64,000 nt of DNA from Candidatus Shapirobacteria bacterium (GTDB lineage: Bacteria > Patescibacteriota > Microgenomatia > UBA12405). The notes beneath the pieces are model-generated. The model did no database searches. It saw nothing but the letters and a program-made list of their open reading frames with translations, and was not told the DNA's origin. Position 1 is the first letter of the stretch; every line of letters begins with the position of its first letter. The stretch is taken from the NCBI GenBank assembly GCA_028704635.1, contig JAQWFB010000002.1:64693-128692 (forward strand), read 5' to 3'. This document shows, in pieces, positions 53,101 through 59,488 of the stretch. Both the position numbers and the translations under genes were made by a program.

Positions 53101-56100
53101 TCCATTCCAACGGTACTGTTAATTCTATGTTTTTATCCACTGCCGGTAACTTAGGTATCGGTACTACTGCTCCAACCTCTAAATTACATGTCATTGGTAA
53201 CGGTAATATCACTGGTAATTTAACAATCGGTGGCACAGCTACCATCCCCAGAATTTTTATTAATAGAACCAGTAATACCGCTTCTGGTTTAAGTTGGTAC
53301 AGTCCTTCTTATACAGCTTGGTCAGAATATATGGGTCCAGCTGGCACAGCTTCCCAAGGACCAACAGGTAATATTACTGCTCCAACAGGAACATTAGTTA
53401 CTACTTGGGGTTTACGTAGTTTTATTGAAAATGCTAGTGGATATGGTTGGACATGGGAATCTGGAACAAGTGGCACCACCGCCCCCTCAATCGTAGCCGA
53501 ACTTTCATCCAATACTGGCAATTTTAAAACTATTGGAGCTGGAAATTTTGGCGGCAATCTTACTGTAGCCGGTGAAACTTATCTTAACGGTACTGTTCTC
53601 GAAGGAGACTCAAAAACCATGTTCCGTTATTCTGATAGTTATCTTAGACTCAACGAAGACAACGATTTTGGTAATGGTATCTGGACTGGAAATAGTAACT
53701 ATATGACTGGATCAGGATATATATCTCTTGGTTCAAACGGCGGCACAACCACTGGATCAATGTATTTATACGGCGGTGCTTACACCGGCACAAACTTAAT
53801 TAAACTTGATTCCAGTAGCACTTCTGCTATTTCTTATTTCAATGCCGGCAACGTCGGCATCGGCATCACCAATCCTCTTTATAAATTATCCGTCGGCACT
53901 TCCATCGGTGGTGATATTAATGGTAATTTAATGGCCCTTAGATTTTTAGACATTGGCAACACTCGTTATGGTTTCATCCCAAACAACACAGCATCCAATA
54001 AAAATTCTTTGTCTCTCACTTACACTGGTTCCATCAGATTTAATTACAATGACATCAGTAACTCTCATATCATTGCCGGTCCTGCCTCTCGTATCCAAAG
54101 TTTTTCTAATGGTCTTTTACTCGGCGTCAGTTCTACTACCACCGGCAATGTTGCTGGTTGGGATAATGATCTTTTCTTAAAAACGAATGGCAACGTCGGC
54201 ATCGGCACCACTGCTCCAGGAAGCAAATTAGATGTTGACGGAAATATTACCCAATCAGTCACTCATGGTAATAATATGAAATTATGGTTATCTGCAGCCA
54301 GAAATGGTAGTGGAACTGGAGAAATTGGTCTCTATTCATGGATTAGTGAACCAGGTATGACTTGGACTGGAGGGGGTATTGCTCGCAATATGTACAATAA
54401 TACTAGTTTTCCAAGAGTAAACACGGCACTATCTGGACAAATGTTACATTTCACCGAATCTGGAAACATTGAATTCGTTCTTACTAATACTTCAGGAACA
54501 CAAATTACCCCTATGACCATCCAATACAATAGTGGCAACGTCGGCATCGGCACAGCTAGTCCAAATCAAAAACTAGTTGTCACCGGAGGAAATATTGCTA
54601 TAGAGCAGAATTATCAATTTAATTTAAGCGTTGGTGATATTGGAGCTGCCTATTTAACTTATCCAAATTCTACAATAGGAGCAAAGCTTTATAGTTATTA
54701 TGATATCAACCTAACGACAAGATCAGGCGGTGGACTTACTATTGATGGTGCCACCGGCAACGTCGGTATTGGCACCACTGCTCCTAGAAGCAAACTAGAA
54801 GTCGTTTCTGGTACTCCAAATACCGATGCTGATTTATCTGGTACTGCTGGCAGTTTCAATTCTGCCACTCCAACTGGTCAAAGTTCAACTTTAAGTATAG
54901 AAAGTAATGATACTATAGCTGTTAATACTGGAGGTGTTCTTGGTTTTGGTGGTCGATACTCAGGCACTGCCTACGCCAATTGGGCCTCAATCAAAGGTTT
55001 AAAAGCCGATGGAACTTCTGGAAACTATGGTGGTTATCTTTCATTTTGGACTCGTCAAACCGGAGCTGGAAGTGTCGAAAGAATGAGAATTTCAGATGCT
55101 GGCAACGTCGGCATCGGCACAACTAATCCTGGAACCAATCTTGACCTTAATGGCACTTTCCGCCTCAATAACAATATATACCTCAATTCCGGCATTGCTA
55201 ATTTTTCAAATCTTGGTGATGTTGTTAATTTTAATAAATACCTCGGATCTAATACTACTCCCTCTTGGTCTACTGGGACTGCTGGTGGTACTGCTCGTTA
55301 CTCTCATTCTTCTGTTCTCTATAATGGTAAAATCTACTCTTGGGGAGGATCTAATGGTGCTCCTTTAAACACTGTTGACATCTATGATATTGCCTCTAAT
55401 ACCTGGTCTACTGGTACTGCTGGTGGTACTGCTCGTAATTATTATTCTTCTGTTCTCTATAATGGTAAAATCTACTCTTGGGGAGGATCTAATGGTTTTT
55501 CTTTAAACACTGTTGACATCTATGATATTGCCTCTAATACCTGGTCTACTGGTACTGCTGGTGGCACTGCTCGTTACGCTCATTCTTCTGTTCTCTATAA
55601 TGGTAAAATCTACTCTTGGGGAGGATATAATGGTTCCTTTTTAAACACTGTTGACATCTATGATATTGCCTCCAATACCTGGTCTACTGGTACTGCTGGT
55701 GGCACTGTTCGTTACCAACATTCTTCTGTTCTCTATAATGGTAAAATCTACTCTTGGGGAGGATTTAATGGTTCTAGTTTAAACACTGTTGACATCTATG
55801 ATATTGCCTCCAATACCTGGTCTACTGGGACTGCTGGTGGTACTGCTCGTTACTCTCATTCTTCTGTTCTCTATAATGGCAAAATATATTCTTGGGGAGG
55901 ATCTAATGGTTCTAGGTTAAACACTGTTGACATCTATGATATTGCCTCTAATACCTGGTCTACTGGGACTGCTGGTGGCACTGCCCGTTACGGTCATTCT
56001 TCTGTTCTCTATAATGGCAAAATATATTCTTGGGGAGGAACTAATGGTTCTTCTTTAAACACTGTTGATATTTATGATATTGGTAATCGTCAAAACATTC

Positions 56101-59100
56101 TTTCCATTCAAGAAAATGGACAAGATATGCTTAATTTCACCACTAATTCCACTCTCTTCACAAACTCTGGTCGCTTCTCCATTATGGGTGGCAACGTCGG
56201 CATTGGCACCACCGCTCCTTCTGCCCGCCTCACTGTCCTTGGCGATGGTAGTTCCGCCACTTCCGATTTTACTTTATTAAACAACAATGGTTCCGTTAAT
56301 CTCGAAATCCGCACTGGACTAACTGCTCTCTTTAATACTTTTATTGGAGTTGGAGTTGGTAGTTCCAACACCACCGGCCACTACAACACCGCTAATGGCA
56401 GTTATTCTCTTGCTTACAACACCACCGGCTACTACAACACCGCTAATGGTTTTCAATCTCTCTACTCCAACACCACCGGCTACTACAACACCGCTAATGG
56501 TTTTCAATCTCTCTACTCCAACACCACCGGCCACTACAACACCGCTAATGGCAGTTATTCTCTCTTTTCCAACACCACTGGCCGCGACAACACCGCTAAT
56601 GGTTTTTATTCTCTTTTTTACAACACCACCGGCTCCAACAACACCGCTAATGGTTTTTATTCTCTTTTTTACAACACCACCGGCTCCAACAACACCGCTA
56701 ATGGTTTTTATTCTCTTTTTTACAACACCACCGGCTCCAACAACACCGCCATGGGTTACAATTCTCTTGGTTCCGGCACCACCCTAAATTCCAACATCGG
56801 TCTTGGTTATTATGCTGGCTATAAACTCTCCGTTGGTTCCAGTAATATTTTCATCGGTAACAATAATGGTGCTACCGGTTCTTATGACAACCGTCTCTAT
56901 ATTGGTAATGGTTCAAATCCAATTATTTATGGTGATATGTCCACTGGAAACATCGGCATCGGCACCACCAATCCCCTCGAAAAATTAACAATTTCAGGAA
57001 GTGGTGCTGACGTACTTAGTCTAAAAGGTAGTGCTGGTACTAGATTTATTTTTAATGAGACTTGGAGTGGAACAGCTGATATTTTAGGAATTCGCAACAG
57101 TAACACTTCTAATCCTCAAGTTGTTCTTGATTGGAATGGCAACGTCGGCATCGGCACCGCCAACCCTCTTTTTAAAACTGAAATCTATGGCACTACACAA
57201 CTAACAGGTAATTTAACTGATGCTGGTAATCGAGGTAGTATGCTTGCTCTTAATGCAGCTGATTCAAATTATGGTAGTGGTGGAGCTTTACTTTTTGGTA
57301 ATCAACAATCCGATATAGCTAACTCTATCGGTTGGGCTGCAATTAAAGGATTTTTAATAAACGGAAATGGTAATACAACAGGTGATCTTGCTTTTTCTAC
57401 TAGAAACTCAACAGCAGATACTGCCTTAACCGAAAGAATGAGAATTTTAGCAACTGGCAATGTCGGCATCGGCACTGCTAATCCAGGAACTTTATTAAAT
57501 ATCTCCCAATCTATTCCAACCGGCACAGGAGCAATACCTACAAATAGCGGTTTACTTTTAGATTCAAATTCAAATAATTACCTTACCTTTAGAAATACTT
57601 CAGATAACGGATCTTATGCTGGTTTACAATTTTTAGATAATAATGTCGGGGGTTATATTGCTTTTAGAAATGCTATTGCCGGAGGAGCACATACTGACAG
57701 TATGGTATTAGGAACCTATCAAGATTTCTATTTCCAAACTGGAGCAAGTGGTATCGTGGATGGCAAAACTGATGTAATGACAATAAAACAAGGTGGTAAT
57801 GTCGGCATCGGTACCACTAATCCTGGCACCCGATTTGCTGTTGCTGGTCTTACTGGTACTACTGCTGGAAGCTACCTCCGTTATTACAACAACGATTTTT
57901 ATTACTATTCTTCCTCTGCTCGTTATAAAGATAATATTGAGGTTTTTAATGATGATTTCTCTAAAATCCTTAATATTGAACCTAAAATCTTCACCGACAA
58001 AGTCTCAGGCGAAAGAAATATCGGTCTTATCGCCGAAGAAATGGATGCCGCCGACCTAAAACACTTAGTCACTTATAAAAATGGCTTACCTGACACTGTT
58101 GAATATCAACTCGTTTCTGTCTACCTTCTTCAACTCGCCAAACAACAAAAACTCCAACTTGATAATCTTAATAATGACCTCACTTTAACTTCCACTGGCC
58201 AAATTAATGTCAATATGAATATTTCCGATGAAGTCCTCTCTTCTCTTGGTTATAATGGTGCCAAAAATGAAATCGAATCTGCCACCTATTCCATTACTGA
58301 TACTTTAGGCAACACCGTTTCTCGTATTTCTCAATTCAGCGAAATCGCTTCCGCTAAAATCAAAACTGGTCTCCTTTCCGCCACCAACATCATTACTAAA
58401 AACATGGTCGCTGAAAAAATCGTCTCTCCAAAAGCCACCATCAATCATCTTATTTCTACTGACATCCAAACCACTTCTGTCACCACCGAAGAACTAAATG
58501 CTCTACGATCTACGATCAACGATCTAACAGCTAACACTGCCACCGTCTCCACTCTTTATGCTGACAATATTATTTCCAAAGAAGGTTCCATTGGTGAATT
58601 AATGACCGCCAAAGTCAGTGCCCTCCGTGACGAACTTAAACAACTTGTAGAGACGCAACATGATGCATCTCCATCTGGAACCATCACTGGATCATCAATT
58701 CTTTCTCAATCTTCCGGCTGGGCAATGAATATTGCCAGTGATTCGGCAAAAATTACTGGTGACCTCGAGCTCGGCAACAGTCTCATTGTCGGCGCTAAAC
58801 TCACTGTCAACGGTGACACCCAACTCGGCAATGCCTTTATTTCTGGCACTTTCACTGCCGGCGAAATCGCCATTAAAGACAACTTTATCGAAACCACCAA
58901 CACCGCTCTCTATATCCAGCCATCACAAACTGGTTCAGTCCACATCATGGGCGACACTTTAGTCATCGCTGAAGACGGCAACATTCAAATCAATGGCAAC
59001 CTCACTGTTTCTGGCTCTCTCATGGCTAACCTCATTGTTGCCGACCAAATCCAAGCCAACAAATTAACTGCCAATGAAGTCTCTTCTAATGAAATAAAAA

Positions 59101-59438
59101 TTGCCACTGATTCCGCTCAAACCATCATTGCCGAATCTGGTTTTGGTGCCATTGCCACTTCTTCCGCCAAATTAACTTCCAACGCCACCGCCGGCACCGC
59201 CACTCTCCCAACTGGCAAAACCGAAATCGTCATTACCAATAATAAAATCACCGCCAACTCCATGGTCTACCTCACCCCAGTCGGTTCCACCAACAACCAA
59301 GTTCCCTACATCAAAACCAAAATGGTTTATTCCGAAGCTGAACTGCTCGCTGATCCAACTTTACAAAATTACTTCACCATCGCTCTTGATAATTATCTTG
59401 ACAAAGATATCGATATCAATTGGTGGATTATTAATTAA
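41115..59438 (+). CDS. Giant (6107 aa) membrane-anchored fibre/adhesin-like protein: core-binding half-domain, TM, tail-fibre-like repeats, 6 Kelch repeats, 17-aa repeats, peptidase S74 chaperone, WWIIN C-terminal domain
   Basis: N-terminal LSDASIQRKLSSLASFQKFL; TM ~aa 100-120; about 25-30 G(N/Y/T)VGIGT motifs; NADLLDG motifs; SSARYKDNI..IGLIAEE (S74). Confidence 0.85.
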   Translation: MDLNKLFNQSRFNEYAAFLKSTNLSDASIQRKLSSLASFQKFLIKKKYVSFVETHDRASLLSISEHADSLIPKTSLFSNLKSKIKLPPVIDDLRSNFLFRYIVIFSLFAISAGLGFTLYRQAVLQSQQNLAYSTASAMITGGRFLSFQGRLTDTAGNPIISSTSIVFKLYPSVGSGTTLYTSQTGNSQTVVPDENGIFSVTIGRSHGTTIPSSVFTENAEVWLEITAGGETMNPRQQIATVGYALNSETLQGLPPSASGTKNTVLVIDGLGNLNLGETSPTIKSTSGTLGIEGQAVLIKASDGSGGNITINPDSNGVINLITEGTGATGFINATNANLASGNLFNATINNLNRGYNFINFSNYSVGTSIVSRFSVDAYGNTIIGNNLTIGGTFVSVGSTNLVTKLNSDLLDGHHSSYFLSVGDTGSLPYVNDATNTTLTRSGTSGPYTLGLNLNNTNTWTAIQNLSAGATISNLSVGGTFISVGSTNLVTNLNADLLDGNNSTYFVNIGQTGNFITTITGVGISVSPTSGTSRTLTNMGIMNATNGTLTRSGSIGSYTLGLNLNNSNTWTAIQNLSAGATISNLSVGGTFISVGSTNLVTNLNADYLNGLPSSSFVGIGSTGNFITNLTNGVGITITGSGSSRNIAFDYGASLLATGNKIGLNFGSINTWTAKQTFGNAAIGGTLALTQGAQDGYILTSDASGNSYWAPNTGVGTIYFAGSGLTLTGTTFKLGGALTENANLTIGNTSAFFINSTTGNVGIGTTNPNRALEIMKQVDGEVQLRLGNGPTTFWDLGRDGSDGYFNIKDQNGAKRLVINDISGNVGIGTTNPTSKLTVAGNVNISTSLNVGTSLVVGTSIELSSSGNRSLSYYDSSTNGYFTQMQTTATGGYGTYGPVSGDWALYNRFSGANTRGWIWQLGTVNVAGLNGKGDFQNAGNLTVGGTLSIGSVPTASDNNTVLTSVGGVVSSINTSAWDKNASDDLTTSTNLFVIKADSGTAETLNVGNTINFVGGLGLGSTVSATDTITFNIGSSAGISVNTDTIGINIGLTGLGFSGTKLINTGLVGVSNSTLTRIGSNGNYTVGLNLANINTWTALQTFGNATVGGTLTMTGTNVGTGTTALFIASNGTVTKRALGTMAFDSGTYDNYNHWKLQTNSNGTTNVLTGNTVNFINGIGISLVQSGSTITVNNIGTGTTYAAGVGLSLSSSNIFSIDYDSTLDLNGNKISLNTGNANTWTGLQTFNATGAPFAVGSSVLVTNLNAQYLNGISSNGFVGIGQTGNFITTITGVGISVSPTSGTSRTLTNMGIMNATNGTLTRSGSIGSYTLGLNLGSNNSWSNGIGVSGTTNLTNALNVGGTVYFGSYVGIGTASPNKQLQIGSAANNSSIYNDYIGSINNMVLESRDSNDSGAFVFRSNSDVGTSDLVQITRLGYVGIGTTAPGYKLDVSGTGRFTSNLTVGGTLALTQGAANGYILTSDTSGNAKWLPNTGIGTTYAAGVGLSLSSSNIFSIDYDSTLDLNGNKISLNTGNANTWTGLQTFNATGAPFAVGSNTLVTNLNAQYLNGISSNGFVGIGQTGNFITTLTAGTDISITGSGVGRTINDTSTLSTVTGRGSSTSTMLSLLGGAYFGTAGATQGVWKANGTVGIGTTNPIYGKVEITTTASNTGGLSLYRGTGSTARSWITSNDVWLMQRSTNDNAGIAIDASGYVGIGTTAPGYRLDVSGTGRFTSNLTVGGTVSLTGTNVGTGTTALFIASNGTVTKRALGTMAFDSGTYDNYNHWKLQTNSNGTTNVLTGNTVNFINGIGISLVQSGSTITVNNVGAGTTYAAGVGLSLSSSSVFSINFGSANTWTGLQTFNATGAPFAVGSSVLVTNLNAQYLNGISSNGFVGIGQTGNFITTITGVGISVSPTSGTSRTLTNMGIMNATNGTLTRSGSIGSYTLGLNLGSNNSWSNGIGVSGTTNLTNALNVGGTAYFGSYVGIGTASPSSKLDVAGAISLIQNYPLIMKSASGTYGGAIRYDTLGGEFMTMATKNSASKLLFATGFDLTASQGSSNILPTTVGLAIYNNNVGIGTTNPTSKLTVAGNGNFTGNLSVGGTVTLSSSVASNTSDTTALMINGSNVVTKRTLGDLAFQNNASLGWIAKTASGNLTIGTGTTLNFTGINGLTTANVGSSQITFSLGGFLSQNTDIGFSGFSLSFSDGGNTLVSFSSTGNTFYNPTTFTSSGDVSIAYDLNFTNSNNSNINTAGPFSINAGEVFNSSNLTLQTYNSGKIILNSSNLYTDGTYFGIGTTNPTSTLSVNGNADINNLVIDGTSGTGLNISNNSLTTDISLQNGETIDNDTNGRINFSISDLYLNSSIFLTSTRLFQAGNGTVTTPAYSFSSDTNTGIYRIGEDNIGVGTSGILRLTVAGNGNVGITKNLNVGGTLTTTTLKATNAQDTTKVTNLNADLLDGNDSSVFTTHNEVTDLGTVTFSSGSAVTTATFITELENKGAFDNYHSIMKASWDYSGNSDITDTGFGTFELAGCVVETWTDDSSDVTRGNITVRITRPTTGSGGGQILVYNDQGSTYSPGWRQIWNSSTDGSGSGLDADLLDGLHSTAFEVPLTFTNGLTRSSNDVHFGGALTENTRLNIGNTEVMFFKYANGNVGIGTTNPLAKLNVYGQSLFGTTRTGVGAASSVINLGSDEYINFAWSTSYPTGNYHRIGKDRTFDNYALSYISTGADATTNLAHVFRTTNTDSALAITAGGNIGIGTTAPGYKLDVSGTGRFTSNLTVGGTLALTQGAANGYILQSDANGNAKWIVPYGVGGTNSLSAGTDISITSVGIGRTINNTSTLSTVTGRGSSTSTMLSLLGGAYFGTAGATQGVWKANGTVGIGTTNPSGGKLQIFGEGAANGLSIYNGTGDTLRLYRVNNVGILSRGGVDTAGIAINVSGNVGIGTTNPGVKLTVTRGGAIYDAAPTLGSGTVGVFSLLSGNGLYGLYSGISSNGDTWLQSQRNDATTAAYNILLNPSGGNIGIGTTNPLYKLHVSGDALISTRLGIGVTNASYALNVSGNGNITGKLNIGTTTTTTSLNLTNTAVGGSSIAAFLSGNSGLIGYISTVGWDKNTADDYTSWTLQADGANGSSITSGSTVNFAHGTNISLVKSGNTITINNTASPYTASNGLSLVGQDIRLGGTLTQNTDIGFSGFSLSFSDGGNTLVSFSSTGNTFYNPTTFTSSGDISIAYDLNFTNSTASYIRSQAPLYIQTESPYANLDLNLTAANAGQIYLNSNVQAMANLTVGGTFTSVGSTNLVTNLNAQYLNGISSNGFVGIGQTGNFITTLTNGTDINITGSGTSRTINNTSTLSTVTGRGSSTSTMLSLLGGAYFGTAGATQGVWKANGTVGIGTTAPGYKLDIINNSATQLRVASGVGQLQGGIRFGNYDATQTADILFTASGQNSLDIRTNYSSTSNKITLSPGTVTAMTLLGSGYVGIGINPLYKLHVSGDALISTRLGIGATNANFALNVVGNGNFTDSLSVGKTLTTTTLKATNAQDTTVITNLNADYLDAQNGSYYDQRVYTSTNNYLGGYYVSGGSEKPNNTIFGAGKLKLAMLSGTNLGFGGSWNDVLWLSSYTGGDVKGSYAIIADKYSDNLYFSRQDYDSGTWGTGNKLWHSNNDGIGSSLNADLLDGLHASAFLTTLTGGTDISITGSGVGRTINDTSTLSTVTGRGSSTSTMLSLLGGAYFGTAGATQGVWKANGTVGIGTTNPLQKLQVAGDINIESGSGIRINNTATSGYYLRGNGTRFVSSGIQAADVPTLNQDTTGSAGTLSREDNRTISPSELTAGKLKFGFTSYTNNDTGPYADFLHFRSYTDATGGNDNLLVLNKTDFGMRLYQQTWGSASAYSTYKDIALVDNGAALNYLPKFSGVGTNVRVTNSSIFDNGNVGIGTTNPSYKLDIQNTSTSMAVNIGSVAQTLYSDLVLHTNGGSGEIFKAGSAYTSWGGPSSLNIYNSSGPIAFHSNGTVNSMFLSTAGNLGIGTTAPTSKLHVIGNGNITGNLTIGGTATIPRIFINRTSNTASGLSWYSPSYTAWSEYMGPAGTASQGPTGNITAPTGTLVTTWGLRSFIENASGYGWTWESGTSGTTAPSIVAELSSNTGNFKTIGAGNFGGNLTVAGETYLNGTVLEGDSKTMFRYSDSYLRLNEDNDFGNGIWTGNSNYMTGSGYISLGSNGGTTTGSMYLYGGAYTGTNLIKLDSSSTSAISYFNAGNVGIGITNPLYKLSVGTSIGGDINGNLMALRFLDIGNTRYGFIPNNTASNKNSLSLTYTGSIRFNYNDISNSHIIAGPASRIQSFSNGLLLGVSSTTTGNVAGWDNDLFLKTNGNVGIGTTAPGSKLDVDGNITQSVTHGNNMKLWLSAARNGSGTGEIGLYSWISEPGMTWTGGGIARNMYNNTSFPRVNTALSGQMLHFTESGNIEFVLTNTSGTQITPMTIQYNSGNVGIGTASPNQKLVVTGGNIAIEQNYQFNLSVGDIGAAYLTYPNSTIGAKLYSYYDINLTTRSGGGLTIDGATGNVGIGTTAPRSKLEVVSGTPNTDADLSGTAGSFNSATPTGQSSTLSIESNDTIAVNTGGVLGFGGRYSGTAYANWASIKGLKADGTSGNYGGYLSFWTRQTGAGSVERMRISDAGNVGIGTTNPGTNLDLNGTFRLNNNIYLNSGIANFSNLGDVVNFNKYLGSNTTPSWSTGTAGGTARYSHSSVLYNGKIYSWGGSNGAPLNTVDIYDIASNTWSTGTAGGTARNYYSSVLYNGKIYSWGGSNGFSLNTVDIYDIASNTWSTGTAGGTARYAHSSVLYNGKIYSWGGYNGSFLNTVDIYDIASNTWSTGTAGGTVRYQHSSVLYNGKIYSWGGFNGSSLNTVDIYDIASNTWSTGTAGGTARYSHSSVLYNGKIYSWGGSNGSRLNTVDIYDIASNTWSTGTAGGTARYGHSSVLYNGKIYSWGGTNGSSLNTVDIYDIGNRQNILSIQENGQDMLNFTTNSTLFTNSGRFSIMGGNVGIGTTAPSARLTVLGDGSSATSDFTLLNNNGSVNLEIRTGLTALFNTFIGVGVGSSNTTGHYNTANGSYSLAYNTTGYYNTANGFQSLYSNTTGYYNTANGFQSLYSNTTGHYNTANGSYSLFSNTTGRDNTANGFYSLFYNTTGSNNTANGFYSLFYNTTGSNNTANGFYSLFYNTTGSNNTAMGYNSLGSGTTLNSNIGLGYYAGYKLSVGSSNIFIGNNNGATGSYDNRLYIGNGSNPIIYGDMSTGNIGIGTTNPLEKLTISGSGADVLSLKGSAGTRFIFNETWSGTADILGIRNSNTSNPQVVLDWNGNVGIGTANPLFKTEIYGTTQLTGNLTDAGNRGSMLALNAADSNYGSGGALLFGNQQSDIANSIGWAAIKGFLINGNGNTTGDLAFSTRNSTADTALTERMRILATGNVGIGTANPGTLLNISQSIPTGTGAIPTNSGLLLDSNSNNYLTFRNTSDNGSYAGLQFLDNNVGGYIAFRNAIAGGAHTDSMVLGTYQDFYFQTGASGIVDGKTDVMTIKQGGNVGIGTTNPGTRFAVAGLTGTTAGSYLRYYNNDFYYYSSSARYKDNIEVFNDDFSKILNIEPKIFTDKVSGERNIGLIAEEMDAADLKHLVTYKNGLPDTVEYQLVSVYLLQLAKQQKLQLDNLNNDLTLTSTGQINVNMNISDEVLSSLGYNGAKNEIESATYSITDTLGNTVSRISQFSEIASAKIKTGLLSATNIITKNMVAEKIVSPKATINHLISTDIQTTSVTTEELNALRSTINDLTANTATVSTLYADNIISKEGSIGELMTAKVSALRDELKQLVETQHDASPSGTITGSSILSQSSGWAMNIASDSAKITGDLELGNSLIVGAKLTVNGDTQLGNAFISGTFTAGEIAIKDNFIETTNTALYIQPSQTGSVHIMGDTLVIAEDGNIQINGNLTVSGSLMANLIVADQIQANKLTANEVSSNEIKIATDSAQTIIAESGFGAIATSSAKLTSNATAGTATLPTGKTEIVITNNKITANSMVYLTPVGSTNNQVPYIKTKMVYSEAELLADPTLQNYFTIALDNYLDKDIDINWWIIN
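55266..56083 (+). repeat. Six near-identical 138-bp tandem repeats encoding a Kelch beta-propeller
   Basis: WSTGTAGGTARYxHSSVLYNGKIYSWGGxNGxxLNTVDIYDIASNT x6. Confidence 0.92.
56366..56773 (+). repeat. About eight 51-bp tandem repeats (NTTGxxNTANGxxSLxx), beta-roll-like
   Basis: Direct reading of DNA and protein. Confidence 0.9.
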
Positions 59439-59488
59439 AAAGCAACTTTATAAACTTGATGAACTTTATAAACTTGATAAACTAAATT

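Noticed and set aside
55266-56773. Tandem repeats as a CRISPR array
   Set aside because: The units are 138 and 51 bp, in frame and coding, with no unique spacers and no cas genes.
43910-58962. Many short alternate-frame and antisense ORFs inside the giant, LamG and housekeeping genes
   Set aside because: Shadow ORFs produced by codon bias and repeats, with no RBS or family signal.
41115-59438. Diversity-generating retroelement
   Set aside because: No reverse transcriptase, Avd or adenine-specific TR/VR pair is visible in the window.
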